Shown piece after piece: positions 1 to 10,275 of a stretch of 64,000 nucleotides of DNA (its first letter is position 1; each line of letters begins with the position of its first letter). Source of the DNA: an uncultured Gemmatimonadales bacterium (GTDB taxonomy: Bacteria; Gemmatimonadota; Gemmatimonadetes; Gemmatimonadales; Gemmatimonadaceae); NCBI GenBank assembly GCA_963701965.1, contig OY969695.1:1344001-1408000 (forward strand), written 5' to 3'. The notes under the pieces were generated by a model. That model saw only the letters and a list, made by a program, of their open reading frames with translations. It made no database searches and had not been told where the DNA came from. A program made the translations under genes and the position numbers.

Positions 1-1
1 C

Positions 2-2878
2 GCGATGAACGGCATCCCGAATCTCAAGATCGTCCGCTCCATCTCGCTGTACGGTCTGTCGGACGTCATCATGACGTTCCAGGACAAGACCGATCCGTAC
101 TTCGCGCGCCAACAGGCGTTCGAGCGCATCGGCGACGCGTCGCTGCCCAGCGGCGTCAGCCCGTCGCTGTCGCCGCTCTCGGCCCCCTCGGGCCTCGTCT
201 ACCGCTACATCGTGGAGAGCCCCGATCGCACGCCGATGCAGCTCAAGACGATCGACGACTGGGACATCGTCAAGCAGTACCGGTCGGTCCCGGGCGTGGC
301 GGACATGGCCACGCTCGGCGGACCCACGATGCAGTACCAGGTCCAGATCGATCCGACGAAGCTGGCCGGGGCCGGGCTCAGTGTGCCGATTGTCGCCGCC
401 GCGCTCTCCGCCAACAACGACAATGCCGGAGGCGGATTCTATCAGGAGGGCGGATCGTTCTACTACGTCCGCGGCCTCGGTCGCGTGGTGACCGTGCAGG
501 ATATCGGCAACATTGTGCTGGCGGTCAAGGACGGCACACCTGTGCTGGTGAAGGATGTCGCGCAGATCACGATCGGGTACGCGCCGCGCCTGGGTCAGTT
601 CAGTTACGATAGCGTGAACAATGCGGTCGAGGGCATCGTCCTGATGCGCACCGGCGAGCAGGCGCAGACCGTGCTCAAGCTGGTCGAAGCCAAGACCGCC
701 GCGCTCAATCGCACGCTCCCGCACGACGTGCACATCCGGCCGTTCTACGACCGGAGCGAGCTGATTCATTTCACGACGCGCACGGTCGAGGACAACCTCC
801 TGCGGGGCATCGTCCTCGTCATCGTCGTCCTCGTGTTCTTCCTGTACGACATCCGTTCGGGGCTCATCGTCGCCACGACGATTCCGCTGTCGTTGCTCTT
901 CGCCTTCATCTGCCTGGATCTCCGGCACATTCCCGCGAACCTGCTGTCGATCGGCGCGATCGACTTCGGGATTCTGGTGGATGCGGCCGTCGTGATGGTC
1001 GAGAACATCCATCGCGAGTTGGCCAACCGGAACGGGACGGCCTTCAACGCGCGCGAGGTCGTGGCCGCGGCCGCCGCACAGGTCGACCGTCCCATGGTGT
1101 ACGCCGTCGCCGTGATCATCACCGGCTTTCTCCCGATCTATGTGCTGTCGGGGCCGTCGGGCCGACTGTTCCAGCCGATGGCCGATACGACGATCTACGC
1201 CCTGATCGGGGCGCTCGTGATCTCGCTCACGTTGATCCCTCTGCTCTGCCTGCTCGTCCTCGGCCGCGGGCGCGGCGTGCGCGATCGCCGGAACCCCGCC
1301 TTCGAGTGGATCCTCCGCCAGTATGAGCGGCAGCTCGATTGGTGCTTCCGCCACCGGGCGTTCACGATCGGCGGGTCCGTCGCAATTTTTGCGGTGACGA
1401 TTGTGCTTTGGTTTACACTCGGCGCGGAGTTCATGCCCAAGCTCGACGAGGGGGCGCTCTGGGTCCGGGCGACGATGCCGTATACCATCTCGCTCGACGA
1501 GTCGGCACGTCTGGTCCCCCAGATACGGTCCGTGCTGCATTCGTTTCCCGAAGTCACGCTGGTCGCGTGCGAGCACGGGCGCGATGATAGCGGCACCGAT
1601 GCCACTGGGTTCTTTAACGCCGAATTCTATGTCGGGCTCAAGCCTTACGAGGAATGGCGCGGGCCGTATCACACCAAGGCCGAGCTCACGAGCGCGATCA
1701 ACGCCAAGTTGTTGGCGTTTCCGGGCATCACGTTCAACTATACGCAACCGGCCGAGGACGCCGTCGACGAAGCCGAGACCGGCCTCAAGAGCTCCCTCAA
1801 TGTAAAGGTCTTCGGACCGGACCTGAACGTGCTCGAGGCCCAAGGCAAGGCCATCAAGCGGGAGATGGAGCAGGTACGCGGCATCTCCGACCTGACGTTG
1901 GTACAGGAGCTCGGTCAGCCCGCACTCACGGTCGACATCAATCGCGACAAGATCGCGCGGTACGGCATCAACGTCGCCGACGTCAATGGTCTCATCGAGG
2001 CCGCCGTGGGCGGCAGCGCGGCGACGCAGGTCGTGCAGGGCGAGAAATTGTTCGATCTCGTCGTGCGCCTCATGCCTCAGTTTCGGGAGACCCCCGAGGC
2101 GATCGGCAACATCCTCGTGGCGACGCCGGGCGGTCAGCAGATTCCGATTCGCGAGCTGGCGACGATCCAAGTCTCCAACGGCGCCGCGTTCATCTACCGC
2201 GAGAACAACTCGCGCTACATCGGCGTCCAATACTCCGTCGAGGGGCGCGATCTGGCCAGCGCCGTAGAGGACGCCCAACAGCGCGTGGCGCGCGCCGTGA
2301 CACTGCCACCCGGCTATCAGGTCGTCTGGGGCGGCGAATTTCAAGAGTACACGGCATCGCGGACGCAGCTCCAAGTCGTGCTGCCGCTCACGTTCGCCCT
2401 GATCATCGCTGTCCTCTTCGCCCTGTACCACAACTTCAAGTTTCCGCTCATCACGTTGGGGGGCGTCATTTTGTCGGGCCCGATCGGGGGCGTCCTGGCA
2501 CTGGCCGTGACAGGCACACCGTTTTCCGTCTCATCCGGCATCGGTTTCCTGGCGCTCTTCGGCGTCTCCGTTCAGACGGCCGTCGTGTACATCTCCTACG
2601 CCAACGAGTTGCGCCTGGGTGGGATGCCGATCTTCGACGCCGCCCGTCAAGCGGCCTTGCTCAGGCTTCGACCCATCATGATGACCGCGCTCGTCGCCGC
2701 TTTCGGTTTGTTGCCGGCCGCGTTGGCGCACGGCGTGGGAACGGATTCGCAACGGCCGTTCGCCCTAGTAATAGTAGGCGGGCTGTTTTCGCGGCTCTTG
2801 ATCTCGGTCTATCTCATGCCTGTGCTATATGAAGTGGTGGCCCGCCCGGGCGATCATATAGATTCCGTGAATGATTGA
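2..2878 (+). CDS. CusA/CzcA-family heavy-metal efflux RND permease (5' end lies outside the window)
   Basis: 957-aa ORF with RND TM blocks and motifs GAIDFGILVDAAVVMVEN, EFMPKLDEG, RLRPIMMTALVA and SQRPFALVIVGG. Confidence 0.93.
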   Translation, partial: AMNGIPNLKIVRSISLYGLSDVIMTFQDKTDPYFARQQAFERIGDASLPSGVSPSLSPLSAPSGLVYRYIVESPDRTPMQLKTIDDWDIVKQYRSVPGVADMATLGGPTMQYQVQIDPTKLAGAGLSVPIVAAALSANNDNAGGGFYQEGGSFYYVRGLGRVVTVQDIGNIVLAVKDGTPVLVKDVAQITIGYAPRLGQFSYDSVNNAVEGIVLMRTGEQAQTVLKLVEAKTAALNRTLPHDVHIRPFYDRSELIHFTTRTVEDNLLRGIVLVIVVLVFFLYDIRSGLIVATTIPLSLLFAFICLDLRHIPANLLSIGAIDFGILVDAAVVMVENIHRELANRNGTAFNAREVVAAAAAQVDRPMVYAVAVIITGFLPIYVLSGPSGRLFQPMADTTIYALIGALVISLTLIPLLCLLVLGRGRGVRDRRNPAFEWILRQYERQLDWCFRHRAFTIGGSVAIFAVTIVLWFTLGAEFMPKLDEGALWVRATMPYTISLDESARLVPQIRSVLHSFPEVTLVACEHGRDDSGTDATGFFNAEFYVGLKPYEEWRGPYHTKAELTSAINAKLLAFPGITFNYTQPAEDAVDEAETGLKSSLNVKVFGPDLNVLEAQGKAIKREMEQVRGISDLTLVQELGQPALTVDINRDKIARYGINVADVNGLIEAAVGGSAATQVVQGEKLFDLVVRLMPQFRETPEAIGNILVATPGGQQIPIRELATIQVSNGAAFIYRENNSRYIGVQYSVEGRDLASAVEDAQQRVARAVTLPPGYQVVWGGEFQEYTASRTQLQVVLPLTFALIIAVLFALYHNFKFPLITLGGVILSGPIGGVLALAVTGTPFSVSSGIGFLALFGVSVQTAVVYISYANELRLGGMPIFDAARQAALLRLRPIMMTALVAAFGLLPAALAHGVGTDSQRPFALVIVGGLFSRLLISVYLMPVLYEVVARPGDHIDSVND

Positions 2879-4475
2879 CTCTCATACCGAGATTGGTGAG
2901 CCCGTTCGCGGCCTGACCGCGCAAGGGATTACGCCGTCTGGAACCGTGCACTGGAACCTCGTTCCGCCCGACCTCGTGGAGGCGGCGATTCGTCGGCGCG
3001 AGGGCCGGCTGGCCGATATGGGCCCGTTCGTTGGCGTGACCACCCCGCACACGGGCCGCTCTCCGAAAGACAAGTTCGTCGTCAAAGCCGGCCCCTCGGC
3101 CGCCGATGTGAATTGGGGATCGGTGAACCAGCCGCTCTCCCCCGAGCACTTCGCGACGCTGCTGGCCGATGTGCGCGCGTATCTCAGCGGACAGAACGAA
3201 CTGTTCGTGCAGGACCTGTACATCGGCGCCGACCCGTCGCACCGCCTGAGCGTCCGCTACGTGACACCCAATGCGTGGCACGGACTGTTCGTGCGGAACA
3301 TGTTCATCCGCCCCGAAGTCACCGATCTCCCGACGTTCGAGCCGACGTTCAGCGTCCTGCACGCGCCCGAGATGCAGGCCGATCCGGCGCGCCACGGGAC
3401 ACGCTCCGGCACGTTCATCGTCCTCGACTTCACCCAGCGGCTCATCGTCATCGGCGGCACGCGCTACGCTGGCGAGCTCAAGAAGTCGATGTTCACCGTC
3501 ATGAACTACCTGATGCCCAAGGCGGGCGTCCTGTCGATGCACTGTTCGGCGAACGTCGGCCCCAAGGGCAATGTCGCGCTCTTCTTCGGGCTGTCGGGCA
3601 CGGGCAAGACCACGCTGTCGGCCGATCCGGAACGGGAATTGATCGGCGACGATGAGCACGGGTGGTCGAAGGACGGCGTCTTCAATTTCGAGGGCGGCTG
3701 TTACGCGAAAGTGATCAACCTATCGCCCGAAGGCGAGCCCGACATCTATCGGACCACGCAGATGTTCGGCACGGTGCTGGAGAACGTCGTGCTGGATCCC
3801 GTGACCCGTGCCGTTCAGTTCGCGGATCAGTCGCTCACGGAGAACACCCGGGCCTCGTATCCGCTCTCCTACATCCGGAATCACGTTCCCAGCGGGCGCG
3901 GCGGCCATCCGTCCAACATCGTCTTTTTGACGGCGGACGCCTTCGGCGTCCTGCCACCCGTCTCGCGCCTGACGCGCGAGCAGGCGATGTACTACTTCCT
4001 GTCCGGGTATACGGCGAAGGTTGCCGGAACCGAACGCGGGGTGACCGAGCCGCAGGCGACCTTCAGTGCCTGTTTCGGCGCCGTGTTCCTGGTCTGGCCA
4101 CCGGCCAAGTACGCGACCATGCTCGGCGAGATGATGGACCGCCACGGCGCGAAAGTCTGGCTGTTGAATACCGGCTGGACCGGCGGCGCCTACGGGGTCG
4201 GCAAGCGCATCTCCTTGGCCCACACCCGGGCGATCGTGCGCGCCGTCCTCTCGGGGTCGCTCGACCACGTTCCCACCATCACCGATCCGGTGTTCAAGCT
4301 CGCCGTACCGAAGTCGGTGGCTGGTGTGCCCGACGCGGTGCTCCAACCGCGCGGCGTCTGGAGCGATCCCGCGGCGTACAATGCGGCCGCGGCCAAGCTC
4401 GCCGCAATGTTCCGCGCGAACTTCAATGCGGTCGCCGCCAATGCCGACCCGGCGACGCGGCACGCGGGGCCCTGA
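2871..4475 (+). CDS. pckA: Phosphoenolpyruvate carboxykinase (ATP)
   Basis: TGRSPKDKF, YAGELKK, P-loop GLSGTGKTT, LIGDDEHGW, NFEGGCYAK, ENTRASYP. Confidence 0.97.
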   Translation: MIDSHTEIGEPVRGLTAQGITPSGTVHWNLVPPDLVEAAIRRREGRLADMGPFVGVTTPHTGRSPKDKFVVKAGPSAADVNWGSVNQPLSPEHFATLLADVRAYLSGQNELFVQDLYIGADPSHRLSVRYVTPNAWHGLFVRNMFIRPEVTDLPTFEPTFSVLHAPEMQADPARHGTRSGTFIVLDFTQRLIVIGGTRYAGELKKSMFTVMNYLMPKAGVLSMHCSANVGPKGNVALFFGLSGTGKTTLSADPERELIGDDEHGWSKDGVFNFEGGCYAKVINLSPEGEPDIYRTTQMFGTVLENVVLDPVTRAVQFADQSLTENTRASYPLSYIRNHVPSGRGGHPSNIVFLTADAFGVLPPVSRLTREQAMYYFLSGYTAKVAGTERGVTEPQATFSACFGAVFLVWPPAKYATMLGEMMDRHGAKVWLLNTGWTGGAYGVGKRISLAHTRAIVRAVLSGSLDHVPTITDPVFKLAVPKSVAGVPDAVLQPRGVWSDPAAYNAAAAKLAAMFRANFNAVAANADPATRHAGP

Positions 4476-4512
4476 TTTATCTTCGGGCGTATCAACCATC
4501 CCGGAGCAACCC

Positions 4513-5007
4513 ATGCGATATCTCGCCCTGGTCTGTGCCGCGCTGGTCGCGAGTCGTGCGCCCGATGTGAAAGTGAACCAGTTCATGTCGTACAACGCGT
4601 CCACGAAGACGGTGAACATCAAGGTGTTCGCCGCCTTCAACAGCGTGCAGGGCGGATTCAACTTCAACGGCGGATCGAACGGGAGTCAGACCATCACCGT
4701 CCCGACGGGATGGACCGTGAACATGGACGTCGTCAACAAGGACGCGATCCCGCACTCGGCCATCATCATCGCCGACGCGCGGCCGCTCCCCAACGCGCCG
4801 AGCCAGGCGGCGATTGCGCGGGCGTATACGGCACACCTGACGGATGGTCTTCCGGCGCAGAATGGCGAGGACACGATGAACTTCACGGCGCCATCCAATC
4901 CCGGAAACTTCCTGATCGCTTGCGGCGTGCCCGGACACGCGCCGAGCGGCATGTGGATCAAGTTCGCGGTCGCCGCGGCGCCGACGCCGGCGTATTCGGG
5001 AGCGTAG
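4513..5007 (+). CDS. Secreted sulfocyanin-like blue copper (cupredoxin) protein
   Basis: GGAG SD then ATG at 4513; signal peptide; FNFNG motif; type-1 Cu ligands PH...CGVPGHAPSGM. Confidence 0.82.
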   Translation: MRYLALVCAALVASRAPDVKVNQFMSYNASTKTVNIKVFAAFNSVQGGFNFNGGSNGSQTITVPTGWTVNMDVVNKDAIPHSAIIIADARPLPNAPSQAAIARAYTAHLTDGLPAQNGEDTMNFTAPSNPGNFLIACGVPGHAPSGMWIKFAVAAAPTPAYSGA

Positions 5008-5023
5008 GACACTCACGGCGACC

Positions 5024-6278
5024 GTGGATTTCGAGATTATCCGGGACCCGCTCTGGAACAACGTCCGGGTCGAGCCGCTGGCGATGCGCTTGGTGGACAG
5101 CGCGGTCGTCCAGCGGCTCCGCTACGTTCGGCAGCTCGGACTGGCCTATCTCGTTTACCCGGGCGCCACGCATTCGCGGTTCGAGCACGCCCTGGGCACG
5201 TATCACCTCGCCCGCCGCACGCTCGGTCTCCTGCGCGAGCGCGAGCTGGAGTGTGATGCCGCATCGGCCAGCATCGCCCGGATGGCCGCGCTCCTGCACG
5301 ACGTCGGCCATTACCCTTTTTCCCACGCGCTCGAAGAAATCGGCGCGCCGCACCACGAGGAAGTGGCGCGGGCCCTGGTCACGACCGGCGACGTCGCCGG
5401 GACGCTCCGCTCGGCGCTCGGCGCCGATGCCCCGGAGCGGGTCTTCGCGCTCATTCGCGGCGAGAGCCGGGAGCCGTTGCAGGGGTTGATCGCGGGGTCG
5501 CTCGACCTGGACAAGATCGAGTATCTCAAGCGTGACGCGCTCATGTGCGGCGTCCCCTACGGACAGATCGACGTGGACCGGCTCATTCACTCGCTGGTCC
5601 TGACGCCCCACCCCACAACCGGTCGGCTGGTCGTGGGGATAGTGGAAAAGGGATTGGCGGCGCTGGAATCGCTGCTCTTCGCGAAGTACCAGAATGTACC
5701 GGAACGTGTATTGGCACCATGCGGTGCGCAGCGCCACGGCAATGTACAAGCGGCTGGTGGAGGAGGCGCTGCGCCGCGCCGTGCTCGACGTCCGGACCAT
5801 CACCCAGCTGACGGACGAGGGATTGCTGGCCGCGTTGGAGCTGACGGCGCCCACGCCCCTGTTGCGCGCGCTGCGCACGCGGCAGTTGCACAAGCGCGCG
5901 CTCGAGTGTCCGGCGGCGGATTTCGGAGAAGGCGAGGCGGAGTGGATCGCGAGCGATCGGGCCCTCGCCGTTGCGGTCGAGGATCGACTGGGCCGCGAGG
6001 TCGGCCTCGAGCCGGGCCAGCTCCTGATCGATTTCCCCGCCAAAACGCAGATGCTCGACTTGGATCTCGCGGTCGTCCGCCGTGGGGGCCGTGTCGAGCA
6101 TCTCACGGCGGCCGGACGGACGGGAGCGATCAATCTGCTGGCAATGTCGTCGCAGCTCTACCGTTCGGCGCGCTGGCTCCGGGTCTTCACCGCCCGGCCG
6201 GTGTCACTGGACCGCGACCGACTGTTCGCCCTGTTGACCGGGTCACCCGAGGACGTGCGTCGCTGGTTGGATGCCTAG
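5024..6278 (+). CDS. HD-domain phosphohydrolase (dNTP triphosphohydrolase-like); one +1 frameshift at ~5693
   Basis: IRDPLW, QRLRYVRQLG, HSRFEHALG, LLHDVGHYPFSH, DLDKIEYL.RD. Removing one A from AGAATG (5691-5696) gives KYQMYRNVYWHHAVR and joins ORFs 5024 and 5694. Confidence 0.85.
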
Positions 6279-7634
6279 CCGCCGGCGGCGGGATTCGCCG
6301 GCCACGTAGAGGGCCACGCCAATGAGCAGCATCACAATGGTGCTGCCGACCACCTTGATGATCGCCAGCAGCTTGTTCTCGTTCTGATCGGTGGGCACCA
6401 TGGACAGGAAGATCGAGACCACGGTGGTGGCGAGCCCCATCAGCGCCAACCCAATGGCGACTGGCGTGCGCTGCAGCTTGATGAACGCGGCGAACATGAA
6501 CAGGTAGGGAATGAAGTACCAGAGCACCGAGACGCTCACCAGCACGTCATACGCGCCCCGGGTCGTCGTCCCGGCGATGCTCAAGAAAATGAACAGCACC
6601 GCGATCGCCGCCTGGACCAGGAGCGCCACCCATGGCGATCCCCAACGGGGGTGAATGCGGCCAAAGGCGCCGGGCAGATAGCAGTCCAAGCCGGCGACGA
6701 AGGGCAAGCGCGCCGACGCCGCGAACCAGGCTCCGGCCTGTCCCACGCCCCCGAGGGTGATGAGCGCGGCGACGATGAACACGACGGACGGCGTGTCCAA
6801 CCGTCGCGCGACGCTGGTGATCGCCTCCATGATCCCTTGAATGCTCGTCACCTGCGCGGCCGGGATCGCCAGCATCACCGCCAGAGTGGACAGCACGTAG
6901 ACGAGCGTGATGATGACGCCGGCGATGATCAGCGCCCGGGGCACGTTGCGCCGCGCGTCGCGAATCTCATCGCCCATGATGGACGCGCCTTCCAGTCCGG
7001 TCATGGAGAACGCGATCGTCGACCAGAAGATGATGTCGTTGAGATGCGTGCTGGGCACGATCGCGTGGGCATTGATGGGCGTGGCCGATCCGAACCGCGC
7101 GCCGGCGACGAGGCCCATCACGATCAGGATCATCGCCGGCACCCAGAGGCCGAGCGCACCCGCATTGTGCAGCCACTTGCCGACGCCGAGTCCCAGGATG
7201 TTGGGCCATACGGCGAGCGCCAGGCCCACGAGCGGCGCCAGCATGAAGTAGGCGCGGCTGTCATCCAGCGCGTGGCCGTGGGGGGCGAGGTACAGGGCAT
7301 TGAGGGCGGTGTAGGCCAGCAACGCCGGGTAATAGGGCAGGTTGGACACCCAGTACGTCCAGCCCGTGATGAATCCGGCGAACCCGCCGAAGGCCTTGTT
7401 GCTCCAGACGTAGATGCCACCCTCGGACGGATAGCGGGACGATAGCGCCAGGACGCAGGCCGCGAGCGGGAGATAGAACGCGACGCAACAGATGCCCCAG
7501 ATGACCAGCGCGCTCGGCCCCGCGTGGGCCGCCTGCGCGATCCAGCGGACGCTGAAGCCCGTGACGATGTAGAAGAGCAGGAGGTCGCGGAACCCCATCG
7601 CCTTGCGCAGGCCTACAGGGCGATCGCTTTCCAC
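6243..7634 (-). CDS. APC-family amino acid permease
   Basis: About 12 TM helices; motifs YPSEGGIYVW, GLEGASIMGDEIRD, RIHPRWGSP. Start is uncertain (GTG 7634 or a downstream ATG). Confidence 0.88.
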   Translation of the reverse strand: MESDRPVGLRKAMGFRDLLLFYIVTGFSVRWIAQAAHAGPSALVIWGICCVAFYLPLAACVLALSSRYPSEGGIYVWSNKAFGGFAGFITGWTYWVSNLPYYPALLAYTALNALYLAPHGHALDDSRAYFMLAPLVGLALAVWPNILGLGVGKWLHNAGALGLWVPAMILIVMGLVAGARFGSATPINAHAIVPSTHLNDIIFWSTIAFSMTGLEGASIMGDEIRDARRNVPRALIIAGVIITLVYVLSTLAVMLAIPAAQVTSIQGIMEAITSVARRLDTPSVVFIVAALITLGGVGQAGAWFAASARLPFVAGLDCYLPGAFGRIHPRWGSPWVALLVQAAIAVLFIFLSIAGTTTRGAYDVLVSVSVLWYFIPYLFMFAAFIKLQRTPVAIGLALMGLATTVVSIFLSMVPTDQNENKLLAIIKVVGSTIVMLLIGVALYVAGESRRRRLGIQPATHVLG

Positions 7635-9052
7635 CGGCCTCGCCGAAAGAGAAGGATGCTGACGACCGCGAGCGTGCAGAACGCGATGGTGAGTGCGCTG
7701 TACACCCCGGTCGGCCCGAATCCCAGCGGCACGGCAAGCACATAGGCCAGCGGGATCTCCCACAGCCAGAACACGCCAATGTTGATCAGCGTGGGCGTCC
7801 ACGTGTCTCCGGCCCCATTGAACGACTGCGTGACCACCATGCCGTAGGCGTAGAGGGGGAAGCCCAGCGCGATGATCCGGAGGCTCGTCGCCGCCGTCGC
7901 TTGCACGGCGGGATCGCTAGTGAAGAGCGATGTCAGGAATCGCGCGCCAATGGCGAACACGAGGCCGATCACGCCCAGCACGCAGCAGTCGTAGAACGCC
8001 GCCAACCAGACGGCGCTGGCGGCCCGTTCGGGTTGGCGCGCGCCCAATGCTTGCCCCACCATGGTGGCCGCGGCGTTGCCCAGCCCCCACGAGGGGAGCA
8101 ACGCGAAGATCACGATGCGAATGCTGATCGCGTACCCCGCGAGCATTTCACTTCCGAAGCGCGCCATGATGCGAATGATCCCGATCCAGCTGGCGCTGCC
8201 CACGAACGCCTGGAACGCGCCGGAGCCGGAGAGCCGCAGCAGGCGCCCCATGACCTCGCGGTTCAGGTGCAGGTGCCGCGGCCGTACGGTGACCCGGCCG
8301 CCCGGGCGGATGAGACGGGAGAGGGCGAACAGGGCGCCCGCGCTTCGTCCGATCGTCGTGGCCACGGCGGCGCCCGTGACGCCCAACCGCGGGAAGGGAC
8401 CCAGGCCGAAGATGAGACACGGGTCGAGCACGATGTTGATGGCGTTGGCGAACCACAACACGCGCATCGCGATCGCCGCATCGCCCGCGCCGCGGAAGAT
8501 GGCGTTGAGAAGGAACAGGAAGACAATGCAGCCGCTGCCGCCGAGCATGATGCGGGTGAACCAGACGCCCGTGCCAATGACGTCGGGATCCGCCCCCATG
8601 ACTGCCAACAGGCGCGGCGCCAAGGTCGCTCCCGCGGCACCCAGCAGCACCGAGGCAACGAGTCCGACGAACAGGGCCTGGGCCGCTGATTCGGCGGCGC
8701 CTTCGGGATCGCGCTCGCCAATGCGGCGCGCCACCAGCGCCGTCACGCCCATCATGAGTCCCATGGCGACGGCGTAAATGATGCTCAGCATCGATTCGGT
8801 GAGCGCCACGGTGGCGACCGCGGTCGCGCCCAACCGGCCGACGAAAAAGATGTCGGTGATGGCGAAGACACTTTCCAGCGCCATCTCCATGACCATCGGC
8901 ACCGCGAGCAGCACGATGGCGCGCGGGACCGACCCTTGCGTGAAATCCTGGTGGGAACCGCGCAGCGCCTCGCGGATGACCGACCAGGCGCCGGTGGGTC
9001 GTGGGGGCGTATCGAGCGCTTCAATGTCAGGCGTGATATCGGGCGAGCTCAT
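7613..9052 (-). CDS. MATE-family efflux transporter
   Basis: LAVPMVMEM, DIFFVGRLG, IFRGAGD, NIVLDP, GVTGAAVAT, FNGAGDTWTP. Confidence 0.93.
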   Translation of the reverse strand: MSSPDITPDIEALDTPPRPTGAWSVIREALRGSHQDFTQGSVPRAIVLLAVPMVMEMALESVFAITDIFFVGRLGATAVATVALTESMLSIIYAVAMGLMMGVTALVARRIGERDPEGAAESAAQALFVGLVASVLLGAAGATLAPRLLAVMGADPDVIGTGVWFTRIMLGGSGCIVFLFLLNAIFRGAGDAAIAMRVLWFANAINIVLDPCLIFGLGPFPRLGVTGAAVATTIGRSAGALFALSRLIRPGGRVTVRPRHLHLNREVMGRLLRLSGSGAFQAFVGSASWIGIIRIMARFGSEMLAGYAISIRIVIFALLPSWGLGNAAATMVGQALGARQPERAASAVWLAAFYDCCVLGVIGLVFAIGARFLTSLFTSDPAVQATAATSLRIIALGFPLYAYGMVVTQSFNGAGDTWTPTLINIGVFWLWEIPLAYVLAVPLGFGPTGVYSALTIAFCTLAVVSILLFRRGRWKAIAL

Positions 9053-9120
9053 GGTGCGTGCAACTTAACCGCACCATGAGCGCTCCGACATGCGATGGCG
9101 CCCTGGCAATGTGAGGCGCG

Positions 9121-9273
9121 CTAGACGACGGGGCGCCGGCCCTGGATCAGACGAATGAGCAGCACGATCACCGCGGCGACCAACAGCAGATGAATCAGTG
9201 CACCCGCCGCGTGAAAGACGCCGAATCCGAGCAACCACAGGATGAACAGGATTACGGCTATGGTCCACAACAT
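9121..9273 (-). CDS. Small two-TM membrane protein (lmo0937-like family)
   Basis: MLWTIAVILFILWLLG...LIHLLLVAAVIVLLIRLIQGRR; GGAG SD upstream. Confidence 0.8.
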   Translation of the reverse strand: MLWTIAVILFILWLLGFGVFHAAGALIHLLLVAAVIVLLIRLIQGRRPVV

Positions 9274-9333
9274 GCGAACGCTCCGTGGATGAGTGATCGC
9301 ATGAAAGGCAACAGTCGTGCCGACGGAGGAATC

Positions 9334-9570
9334 ATGGCAGACGACGATCTGACCGAAGACGGGCTCGAGAACTCGATCAAGGGCACCGGGAAAGAGGCCA
9401 TAGGCAAAGCCGAAGATGCGGCGGGCGGCCTCACGGGAGACTCGAAGCTGCAAGCGGAAGGCAAGATGGATCAGTTGAAGGGCAAGGTGCAGAACGCGTT
9501 CGGCAAGATGGAGCGCGCGATCGACGAGACGTTGCATCACAAGAAAGAGCCGCCGGACGACGAGCTCTAG
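9334..9570 (+). CDS. CsbD-family stress protein
   Basis: GGAGG SD; KG..KE..G.....G.LTGD.KLQAEGK.DQ.KGKVQ pattern. Confidence 0.88.
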   Translation: MADDDLTEDGLENSIKGTGKEAIGKAEDAAGGLTGDSKLQAEGKMDQLKGKVQNAFGKMERAIDETLHHKKEPPDDEL

Positions 9571-9611
9571 CGCCCGCTCGTAGCGCCCGCGCTTAGCGCT
9601 CGCGCTTAGCG
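9568..9611. repeat. 13-bp tandem repeat, about 3.4 copies (TAGCGCYCGCnCn)
   Basis: Units begin at 9568, 9581, 9594 and 9607 and fill the gap between two convergent genes. Confidence 0.8.
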
Positions 9612-10223
9612 AAAAGTCGCGATCCGGTCCACCGCGTGGCGGTGCTTGGGTTGACCATCCTCTTCACCGATGCCGATGGCCACCAACGCAGGCACCGTCA
9701 CGTGCGCCGGGAGCGCCAGGAGTGCTTTGACCTCCGCCACTTTGAATCCCAGCATCGGCGACGTGGAATAGCCCAGCGATTCGGCGGCGAGCAACAGATA
9801 CCCAAGAGCGATGTAGGTGATACCGTGTGCCCAGGCGGCGCGCTGCTCGGCGGTCATCCCGCCGAAGTGCTTCCGCACGTTCGCGTAAGATTTCTCGCGC
9901 CGCTCGGGCAATGCCGACGGGTGAATCGTTTCGTCGAGGTGCGCCAGGACATCTTCGATGTCCGAGTAGAGCACGACGACGGCCGGCGCGCTGGCGACCT
10001 GTTTTTGCCCGTTGGCCGCGGCGGCGAGTTGCGCCTTGAGCGCCGGCTCGCGCACCACGACCGCGCGCCAGGGTTGGACATTCCACGCCGACGGGGCCTC
10101 GCCGACGATCCGCAGGATGTCGCGTAGATCGGATTCAGGGACGGGATCGGCGGTGTAGCGGCGGATCGACCGGCGTTGGTCGGCGGCTTCGCGGACCGTG
10201 AGCTCGTGTGCGAGTCTGGGCAT
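9606..10223 (-). CDS. Nitroreductase family protein
   Basis: RRSIRRY, APSAWNVQPWR, GQKQVASAP, LLAAESLGYSTSPMLGF. Confidence 0.92.
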   Translation of the reverse strand: MPRLAHELTVREAADQRRSIRRYTADPVPESDLRDILRIVGEAPSAWNVQPWRAVVVREPALKAQLAAAANGQKQVASAPAVVVLYSDIEDVLAHLDETIHPSALPERREKSYANVRKHFGGMTAEQRAAWAHGITYIALGYLLLAAESLGYSTSPMLGFKVAEVKALLALPAHVTVPALVAIGIGEEDGQPKHRHAVDRIATFR

Positions 10224-10275
10224 TGGCAGAGCCTGCTAGTGAACTGTCTGCCAATGCACTATATGTGTCGGCGAA

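Noticed and set aside
10256..10270. GCACTATATGTGTC as an NrdR box
   Set aside because: One base short of the consensus spacing, single copy, and upstream of a nitroreductase rather than an RNR gene.
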